Assembly (NCBI GenBank): GCA_973851085.1
Contig: OZ316776.1
Coordinates: 4,030,001-4,094,000 of the forward strand
DNA from: Ptychomitrium polyphyllum
Taxonomy: Eukaryota
Direction: 5' to 3'
DNA length: 64,000 nucleotides
A program made the position numbers and the translations under genes. Every line of letters starts with the position of its first letter. Within the stretch, counting starts at the first letter, position 1. This document shows, one piece after another, positions 54,234 through 64,000 of this stretch. The notes below the pieces were generated by a model. That model searched no databases. It was not told the origin of the DNA and saw nothing but the letters and a program-made list of their open reading frames with translations.

Positions 54234-57200
54234 CTCCTCCTTTGAAAATGATATAACCTAAAAATTCAACCGAGGATTCATGAAAAAGACACTTCTCTAA
54301 TTTGGCATATAATCCTCGCTGGCGTAATTTTTCTAAGACCAATCGTACATGACATTGGTGGTCTTGTTCATCCTTTGATTATATCAAAATATCATCTAAG
54401 TAGATGACTATTAAATCGTCCAAATGTTCATGGAAGATATCATTCATCATATGTTGGAAGACTGCGGAGGCATTAGCAAGGCCAAAAGGCATGACATTGT
54501 ATTCAAAATGACCATACCTAGATCAAAAAGTTGTCTTCCATTCGTTTCCTTCTTTGATGCGTACAAGATTGTAGGCTCCTCTAAGATCAATTTTGGTGAA
54601 TATCTTTGCTTGGCCAAGTTGTTGTAGGAGTCCTAAGATTAATGGTAATGGATAGCAATTCTTTTTTGTTACTTTATTGAGGCCTCGATAGTCCACGCAC
54701 GTACGTAATGATCCATCTTTCTTCTTTACAAATAGAATGGGTGCTCCAGCAGGTGATTTAGACTGTTGAATGAAACCCTTTCCAAGGTTTTCATCAATAT
54801 ATTCTCTCAAGGCAGTCAATTCAGTTTGTGATAAGTTATAAATAGGTCCAAAAGGTGGTCGGACTCCTCTTGCAACTCAATGGTACAATTGTAAGGCCGG
54901 TGCTTTAGTAACATGTCCGCATTTTTCTTTTCCAAAACGTCTTTATAATCTTGATATTGATGAGGTATGTTTCAATTAGTCTCTATTATAGAGACGGATA
55001 TTGGCATGGCATAAATGGCATAAATTGGTTCATCCTTTGCCGCTCTCATAAATGCTTTAGCTCTAATAAATGATGGTCCAAGATTTCTTGTACCTTGACG
55101 TCTTTTTTTTGAGACCACACTTCGTGAGCGCCAGTCAATGTCTGGATTATGTTATTCAAACTAAGGAAGGCCCAAAACAATAGGATTTGTTAAGCATTGA
55201 ATGATGTTGAAGACAATCTTAGATGCCTGATCTCCTAAAACAACCTCAAGGAGTTGAGTTTCTTCAATAATATTGCCAGACGCAAGAGATCGTCCATCAA
55301 TAACTTCAACAGGTGCGGGATATTTTTTGTTCACAAGCACCATATGATGTTTGGTTGCAAAATCCTTGTCCATGAAATATGTTGTTGCACCAGTGTTTAA
55401 AAGAGCCTCACTAATTATTTCATCATCTAACAATTTAATTTTGATAAGAAATGTAAAACAAGAGGTAGGGCTTGAAGGTAGTAAGAAACCTTGATTTGAT
55501 GGTCGTTTCCTTGTGGTATCTAGTTGCATGGACCCTATTGTGATTAAACAACCTCGTTTTCCAACTCCACCATTGTGCTTTGAGCCTTAAAAGTAGATCC
55601 TTTGATTTAGCAATTGCACACTTTATGTCTAGACTTGCCACAATATAAACATAGGTTTTCTCTTCGACCTTTTTTTTTTTTTTGGAATCAAATGTCTAAA
55701 CTGGGCAGCATCAATTTGCATAGGTTTTGGTCCTTGTGGTCGGCTTTCCAATATTCTTAAAGAAGTGGTAGCCATGCTTTGATGTACTGGTCGCCATCCC
55801 AAGCATTGTTCTTGGCGCCTCTCAAATAATCTATTGTCATATGCTATTACTTGAGTGATGAATTTGTCTAATGTTTCAATTCTTGGCATTGTGAATAGTT
55901 AATTCTTTACATTCTCTCTTAAGCCCCATCGGAATTGTGTGATCAAGGCTTTATCATTCCAATCAAGGTCGCAAGCTAATTGTCAAAACTCTACAGCATA
56001 TGTAGCAGCTGAGCGCTGTTCTTGTTGAAGATTCTGGATCCTTGTCTCAACCACCCTTTCTCGATCGGTGTCTCCAAAAGTAGATGTCAATGCTTCTATG
56101 AAAGCATCTAAGTTGTTCAATAATGGTGACTGCTTCTTCATTAGTGGTGCAAACCACAATAGTGCATTGTTTGATAAAAGAATGGCCACAAAGCCCACTT
56201 AAGTTGTGCCATCAAGATAGTGAGATTGATGCAAACTAAAGAAGAGCCTTACTTGTTGAACAAAGCCTCTCAATTTTGATCTTGATCCATCAAACTTGTC
56301 TAGCATGCTAATCTTTGGTTCTACATGGATTCAACGTAAGCCTTCCCTTCCAATATTATCCTCTCGCAATCAAACAACTTCTTGATATAGGCTTTGAATA
56401 TCACCATTAGATTCTTCAGCTTGCCGAGTGTGTTGCTCCAAATTGTTGGTGGTATTAAAACGGGCGAGTTTCGTTCGAACTGTGTTTAATAACTCTTGAA
56501 GGTCTGCAATAGTTGCAAACCTATTCTTTGATGTTCCAGGCACGTTATCCATTTTTTAAGATTGGCAAAGACAAGAAGACTATGAGTACCTTCAAAGGAG
56601 GAAAATCCACGTCCTTTGAAAGAAGTAATATTTGATTCTAGAAGGAGAAACCAACTCTATGGTGCCAGCTTTAGAGGAGGGTAATCCGCAACATCTAAGA
56701 CGCTATGGAATCCTAAAGAAGATGGATAATCCACAATCTTCTTCAAAGAACCTTAGCTCTAACAAAGATGAAGAGGAATCTTGCCAAACTGTTAGGGGCA
56801 CAAGAAACAAGAAGCAGAAACAAAGTGTTTCCCAAGAATTAGCTTCCAAAGAGCTAATGATTAACAAGAACTTGATACAAAGACTAGAACAAGGCAGGAT
56901 TCAAGATGATTCACAACTTGTGTTGGCAAGACCAAGGAATACCTTGTCTTGCCTCCTATTTATACTATGACGTTTGTATCTTCTAGGATACTTCCAAAGA
57001 AGCTTCCTACAAGGCTTAAGAATGTTCTGGAAGTCTAAGGAACCTTCCTTGGAAGTTTTTTAAGATGATGGAACTTTCTTAGGAAGTTTCCTAAGGTGAT
57101 GGAATCTTTGTAGGAAGTTTTCTAAGAAGTTACCTAAGATGATAGAACCTTTTTAGGAAGTTTCCTAAGGTGGAAGAAGTTTCTTAGGAAGCTTTCTAAG

Positions 57201-57311
57201 AACTTGGAAAGGCTATGGAGACATTTAAAAGTATTCTAAGAAGCTATTATAATGTACTTGAAGGTTCTAGAATGTTCTAAGGACTATGTTGCATGATCTA
57301 TGTTCGTGACA
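54234..57311 (-). mobile_element. Defective Tcn1/Tf1-like Ty3/gypsy element, copy A: 5' LTR 57311-56790, then gag, PR and partial RT, cut at 54234 by the chromovirus LTR
   Basis: LTR TGTCACGAAC...CCTAACA (522 bp). gag KFDGSRSKLRGF...[47 protein letters not shown]...[16 protein letters not shown]. Many stop codons. Confidence 0.9.
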
Positions 57312-58714
57312 CTTTGGTCGTTGGAATTCGTATACAACAAAAGAAACTCGAATGTTTTTTTTACTCTTATAAATGCTCTGGCTCCAATAAAGAGAAGCTT
57401 ATTGGTTTTAGATTTGTAAGATGCTTTGATTTCCTCCGTAGGCTCAGTAATTACAGGTTTTAATGATAAAAATTCTACTTTGCGGAATGTCCAATCTACC
57501 TACGGATTGTACTTTTCAAATTAAGAAAGCCTTAGAATGATGGAACTTGACAGAGATTTAATGACATTAATATCATTTAGCTACTATGGTTTTTCAATAT
57601 TATTATTAATGGATTGGTCTTATAAATAACATCTCCTGAAATTAATAGTCGACTATTTATAATCTCTACATGGACAAGTTTGGACTCTTTAATAAAAAGA
57701 AACTTATGGATTTTCAAAAATTCTATATCAATAAAGGAAGCAAAGGCTCTTGAATCTATTAGAGAAAGGCTTTTGAGCTTTTGAACATCTAAATAAACAA
57801 GTATAGTAAAACAAGAAGAAGGATGAGCTGATAGAACATGACCTTTTTTTTTTTTGTGAAGGAAGCAGATCCAACCGCATGGTTCCTACTGTGGTTGCAG
57901 ATCTTTTATTTTCTACAAAATATTTAGTGTTGTAGTTGTATCTTTCATTTGATATGTACGTAGAGGTTTCTCTGGGCAATTATCAACCTTCTAGCTAGGT
58001 TTTTCACAATACAAATACAATCTTTGCTCATTTTATTGCTTCTTCTCATGTTTAGTAAAGGGCTTGAAGCAAATCGCATCAATTTATATGGCTTTTTCTT
58101 TCAAATACTTATTAGAAGTAGAAGGAGTTGAAGTTATTAAAAAGTTGATATTTAACCAAGGCATAATGAAAATTTGTTTATTTTGTTGACGTTGAAATAG
58201 AAGATTATTGCACTTCAAAGCTGAACTGATGGCCTCATCAAGTATTTGGAGGCCTAGCATGGATAGCAATAAATCCTTTAATTTGTCGTATATGTCCCAA
58301 TAAGATTGACTTATAAGCAATTTTTCTCCCTAATTGGTGTCACATACAAGTTGTCAAAATTCCATTGTATAAATTGACATAGAATGAGATCCTTTGTACA
58401 AGGCATGAACCTTAATAGTTGTAGAACAGAGCTTGTCATGGTCACCAAATGCTTTTGGAAATGCGGTTAGAAACGCATTAAAATTGCTAAAAAGGAAAGA
58501 ATTATTTTTAGGAAGTGATACAAACCAGGAAAATACTTGTTCTGAAAGTAACATTTCTACCAAACAAATGTGCAAAATGTCCGTAGAATATTGTCAAGGT
58601 TGAAGCAAGGTAACAAATTGAACTTATTTTACAAAGCCTCAAAATTTTAAATACTTACTATCGAACTTCTTTGGAAGGCTGAATCTTGGTTCTTTAGTTG
58701 TTGACATTGAATTC
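57312..58714 (-). mobile_element. Older, more decayed gag(-PR) remnant of a related Tcn1-like element (palindrome spacer); repeated at 59183-60585
   Basis: KEPRFSLPKKFD, LLSEQVFSWF...FGDHDK...IYTMEF and DKLKDLLLSM...LDEAIS.A.KCNNLLFQRQQ parallel the gag of copies A and B. Confidence 0.7.
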
Positions 58715-58811
58715 CTTCCACCTTAGGAAACTTCCTAAAAAGGTTCTATCATCTTAGGTAACTTCTTAGAAAACTTCCTACAAAGATTCCATCACCTTAG
58801 GAAACTTCCTA

Positions 58812-58911
58812 NNNNNNNNNNNNNNNNNNNNNNNNNNNNNNNNNNNNNNNNNNNNNNNNNNNNNNNNNNNNNNNNNNNNNNNNNNNNNNNNNNNNNNNNN
58901 NNNNNNNNNNN
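58812..58911. other. Assembly gap (100 N)
   Basis: A run of exactly 100 N, a typical placeholder size. Confidence 0.99.
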
Positions 58912-60682
58912 AACCTTCCTTGGAAGTTTTTTAAGATGATGGAACTTTCTTAGGAAGTTTCCTAAGGTGATGGAATCTTTGTAGGAAGTTTTCTAAGAAG
59001 TTACCTAAGATGATAGAACCTTTTTAGGAAGTTTCCTAAGGTGGAAGAAGTTTCTTAGGAAGCTTTCTAAGAACTTGGAAAGGCTATGGAGACATTTAAA
59101 AGTATTCTAAGAAGCTATTATAATGTACTTGAAGGTTCTAGAATGTTCTAAGGACTATGTTGCATGATCTATGTTCGTGACACTTTGGTCGTTGGAATTC
59201 GTATACAACAAAAGAAACTCGAATGTTTTTTTTACTCTTATAAATGCTCTGGCTCCAATAAAGAGAAGCTTATTGGTTTTAGATTTGTAAGATGCTTTGA
59301 TTTCCTCCGTAGGCTCAGTAATTACAGGTTTTAATGATAAAAATTCTACTTTGCGGAATGTCCAATCTACCTACGGATTGTACTTTTCAAATTAAGAAAG
59401 CCTTAGAATGATGGAACTTGACAGAGATTTAATGACATTAATATCATTTAGCTACTATGGTTTTTCAATATTATTATTAATGGATTGGTCTTATAAATAA
59501 CATCTCCTGAAATTAATAGTCGACTATTTATAATCTCTACATGGACAAGTTTGGACTCTTTAATAAAAAGAAACTTATGGATTTTCAAAAATTCTATATC
59601 AATAAAGGAAGCAAAGGCTCTTGAATCTATTAGAGAAAGGCTTTTGAGCTTTTGAACATCTAAATAAACAAGTATAGTAAAACAAGAAGAAGGATGAGCT
59701 GATAGAACATGACCTTTTTTTTTTTTGTGAAGGAAGCAGATCCAACCGCATGGTTCCTACTGTGGTTGCAGATCTTTTATTTTCTACAAAATATTTAGTG
59801 TTGTAGTTGTATCTTTCATTTGATATGTACGTAGAGGTTTCTCTGGGCAATTATCAACCTTCTAGCTAGGTTTTTCACAATACAAATACAATCTTTGCTC
59901 ATTTTATTGCTTCTTCTCATGTTTAGTAAAGGGCTTGAAGCAAATCGCATCAATTTATATGGCTTTTTCTTTCAAATACTTATTAGAAGTAGAAGGAGTT
60001 GAAGTTATTAAAAAGTTGATATTTAACCAAGGCATAATGAAAATTTGTTTATTTTGTTGACGTTGAAATAGAAGATTATTGCACTTCAAAGCTGAACTGA
60101 TGGCCTCATCAAGTATTTGGAGGCCTAGCATGGATAGCAATAAATCCTTTAATTTGTCGTATATGTCCCAATAAGATTGACTTATAAGCAATTTTTCTCC
60201 CTAATTGGTGTCACATACAAGTTGTCAAAATTCCATTGTATAAATTGACATAGAATGAGATCCTTTGTACAAGGCATGAACCTTAATAGTTGTAGAACAG
60301 AGCTTGTCATGGTCACCAAATGCTTTTGGAAATGCGGTTAGAAACGCATTAAAATTGCTAAAAAGGAAAGAATTATTTTTAGGAAGTGATACAAACCAGG
60401 AAAATACTTGTTCTGAAAGTAACATTTCTACCAAACAAATGTGCAAAATGTCCGTAGAATATTGTCAAGGTTGAAGCAAGGTAACAAATTGAACTTATTT
60501 TACAAAGCCTCAAAATTTTAAATACTTACTATCGAACTTCTTTGGAAGGCTGAATCTTGGTTCTTTAGTTGTTGACATTGAATTCCTTCCACCTTAGGAA
60601 ACTTCCTAAAAAGGTTCTATCATCTTAGGTAACTTCTTAGAAAACTTCCTACAAAGATTCCATCACCTTAGGAAACTTCCTA
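58912..60682. repeat. Direct duplicate of 57041-58811 (1771 bp) across the gap; probably an unmerged contig overlap
   Basis: Constant offset of 1871. The ORFs at 57728/59599, 58084/59955 and 58354/60225 are identical, and the duplicate starts immediately after the gap. Confidence 0.9.
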
Positions 60683-63600
60683 AGAAAGTTCCATCATCTT
60701 AAAAAACTTCCAAGGAAGGTTCCTTAGACTTCCAGAACATTCTTAAGCCTTGTAAGAAGCTTCTTTGGAAGTATCCTAGAAGATACAAACGTCATAGTAT
60801 AAATAGGAGGCAAGACAAGGTATTCCTTGGTCTTGCCAACACAAGTTGTGAATCATCTTGAATCCTGCCTTGTTCTAGTCTTTGTATCAAGTTCTTGTTA
60901 ATCATTAGCTCTTTGGAAGCTAATTCTTGGGAAACACTTTGTTTCTGCTTCTTGTTTCTTGTGCCCCTAACAGTTTGGCAAGATTCCTCTTCATCTTTGT
61001 TAGAGCTAAGGTTCTTTGAAGAAGATTGTGGATTATCCATCTTCTTTAGGATTCCATAGCGTCTTAGATGTTGCGGATTACCCTCCTCTAAAGCTGGCAC
61101 CATAGAGTTGGTTTCTCCTTCTAGAATCAAATATTACTTCTTTCAAAGGACGTGGATTTTCCTCCTTTGAAGGTACTCATAGTCTTCTTGTCTTTGCCAA
61201 TCTTAAAAAATGGATAACGTGCCTGGAACATCAAAGAATAGGTTTGCAACTATTGCAGACCTTCAAGAGTTATTAAACACAGTTCGAACGAAACTCGCCC
61301 GTTTTAATACCACCAACAATTTGGAGCAACACACTCGGCAAGCTGAAGAATCTAATGGTGATATTCAAAGCCTATATCAAGAAGTTGTTTGATTGCGAGA
61401 GGATAATATTGGAAGGGAAGGCTTACGTTGAATCCATGTAGAACCAAAGATTAGCATGCTAGACAAGTTTGATGGATCAAGATCAAAATTGAGAGGCTTT
61501 GTTCAACAAGTAAGGCTCTTCTTTAGTTTGCATCAATCTCACTATCTTGATGGCACAACTTAAGTGGGCTTTGTGGCCATTCTTTTATCAAACAATGCAC
61601 TATTGTGGTTTGCACCACTAATGAAGAAGCAGTCACCATTATTGAACAACTTAGATGCTTTCATAGAAGCATTGACATCTACTTTTGGAGACACCGATCG
61701 AGAAAGGGTGGTTGAGACAAGGATCCAGAATCTTCAACAAGAACAGCGCTCAGCTGCTACATATGCTGTAGAGTTTTGACAATTAGCTTGCGACCTTGAT
61801 TGGAATGATAAAGCCTTGATCACACAATTCCGATGGGGCTTAAGAGAGAATGTAAAGAATTAACTATTCACAATGCCAAGAATTGAAACATTAGACAAAT
61901 TCATCACTCAAGTAATAGCATATGACAATAGATTATTTGAGAGGCGCCAAGAACAATGCTTGGGATGGCGACCAGTACATCAAAGCATGGCTACCACTTC
62001 TTTAAGAATATTGGAAAGCCGACCACAAGGACCAAAACCTATGCAAATTGATGCTGCCCAGTTTAGACATTTGATTCCAAAAAAAAAAAAAAGGTCGAAG
62101 AGAAAACCTATGTTTATATTGTGGCAAGTCTAGACATAAAGTGTGCAATTGCTAAATCAAAGGATCTACTTTTAAGGCTCAAAGCACAATGGTGGAGTTG
62201 GAAAACGAGGTTGTTTAATCACAATAGGGTCCATGCAACTAGATACCACAAGGAAACGACCATCAAATCAAGGTTTCTTACTACCTTCAAGCCCTACCTC
62301 TTGTTTTACATTTCTTATCAAAATTAAATTGTTAGATGATGAAATAATTAGTGAGGCTCTTTTAAACACTGGTGCAACAACATATTTCATGGACAAGGAT
62401 TTTGCAACCAAACATCATATGGTGCTTGTGAACAAAAAATATCCCGCACCTGTTGAAGTTATTGATGGACGATCTCTTGCGTCTGGCAATATTATTGAAG
62501 AAACTCAACTCCTTGAGGTTGTTTTAGGAGATCAGGCATCTAAGATTGTCTTCAACATCATTCAATGCTTAACAAATCCTATTGTTTTGGGCCTTCCTTA
62601 GTTTGAATAACATAATCCAGACATTGACTGGCGCTCACGAAGTGTGGTCTCAAAAAAAAGACGTCAAGGTACAAGAAATCTTGGACCATCATTTATTAGA
62701 GCTAAAGCATTTATGAGAGCGGCAAAGGATGAACCAATTTATGCCATTTATGCCATGCCAATATCCGTCTCTATAATAGAGACTAATTGAAACATACCTC
62801 ATCAATATCAAGATTATAAAGACGTTTTGGAAAAGAAAAATGCGGACATGTTACTAAAGCACCGGCCTTACAATTGTACCATTGAGTTGCAAGAGGAGTC
62901 CGACCACCTTTTGGACCTATTTATAACTTATCACAAACTGAATTGACTGCCTTGAGAGAATATATTGATGAAAACCTTGGAAAGGGTTTCATTCAACAGT
63001 CTAAATCACCTGCTGGAGCACCCATTCTATTTGTAAAGAAGAAAGATGGATCATTACGTACGTGCGTGGACTATCGAGGCCTCAATAAAGTAACAAAAAA
63101 GAATTGCTATCCATTACCATTAATCTTAGGACTCCTACAACAACTTGGCCAAGCAAAGATATTCACCAAAATTGATCTTAGAGGAGCCTACAATCTTGTA
63201 CGCATCAAAGAAGGAAACGAATGGAAGACAACTTTTTGATCTAGGTATGGTCATTTTGAATACAATGTCATGCCTTTTGGCCTTGCTAATGCCTCCGCAG
63301 TCTTCCAACATATGATGAATGATATCTTCCATGAACATTTGGACGATTTAATAGTCATCTACTTAGATGATATTTTGATATAATCAAAGGATGAACAAGA
63401 CCACCAATGTCATGTACGATTGGTCTTAGAAAAATTACGCCAGCGAGGATTATATGCCAAATTAGAGAAGTGTCTTTTTCATGAATCCTCGGTTGAATTT
63501 TTAGGTTACATCATTTTCAAAGGAGGAGTCCATATGGATAAGAAAAAAATAAGCACTGTCATGGAGTGGAGTACGCCAAGATCAATTCGAGATGTTCAAT

Positions 63601-64000
63601 GCTTCTTGGAATTTTCAAACTTCTACAAAATATTCATCCAAACTTATTTTTAGATTGCGGCACCATTCACACATCTTACGGAGAAGCAAGAATTCAATTG
63701 GGATGTAGAGGCAGAAAAAGCATTTCAAAGTCTTAAGAAGTCATTCACGTCGGCTCCAATTCTTAATCATCCAAATCCATCAAAGCCTTTCTATTTGGAA
63801 GCGGATGCCTCAGATTTTGCGCTTGGCTCAGTACTCTCACAATATGATGAAGACAAGAGACTTCACTCTCTTGCCTTTTCTTCAATGAAGTTCTCAGCGG
63901 CAGAGATCAACTATGATATACATAATAAAGAACTACTTGCAATTGTGGATGCGTTTGAAGAATGGCAATACTTATTAGAAGGAGCTCAACATACCATCAT
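60586..64000 (+). mobile_element. Defective Tcn1/Tf1-like element, copy B: 5'-truncated LTR 60586-60972, gag from 61210, then PR, RT (YLDD) and RNase H; runs off the window
   Basis: Reverse complement of 54234-57176 up to 63528 (paired coordinates sum to 117762). It then continues uninterrupted with FYLEADASDFALGSVL and NYDIHNKELLAIVDAF. Confidence 0.92.

Noticed and set aside
56632..56970. 112-aa ORF (and its mirror at 60792-61130)
   Set aside because: It is antisense to the LTR/leader, and its duplication simply reflects the inverted repeat.
57040..57200. Regularly spaced TAGGAAGTTT repeats as a CRISPR-like array
   Set aside because: They are internal LTR tandem units without unique spacers, in a eukaryotic context with no cas genes.

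Overview
Eukaryotic land-plant nuclear DNA, most likely a moss. This is inferred from the protein sequences, the GT-AG intron structure and the retrotransposon types; the species cannot be determined from sequence alone. Bases 1-41 kb are gene-rich, with eight recognisable genes: RPL7, SnRK1 alpha, ALMT, GMP synthase, an intronless MATE, a CNGC, DEAD-box helicase RH13/DDX24 (minus strand) and CSN6. This part also holds a solo LTR nested in a decayed PHD-finger Ty3/gypsy relic, and a ~200-bp inverted copy of a GMP-synthase intron/exon junction just downstream of that gene. Bases 43-46 kb contain two lineage-restricted-looking small genes (one frameshifted) and a mitochondrial nad2 insertion (NUMT). 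Bases 46-64 kb are a retrotransposon nest. It has a chromodomain Ty3/gypsy element with mismatched LTRs, and a ~2.9-kb near-perfect inverted duplication of a dead Tcn1/Tf1-like element that shows a self-priming signature. The centre of that duplication coincides with a 100-N gap and a 1771-bp contig overlap. No rRNA, tRNA or CRISPR array was seen. Exon coordinates were read by eye from GT/AG sites and reading-frame continuity.
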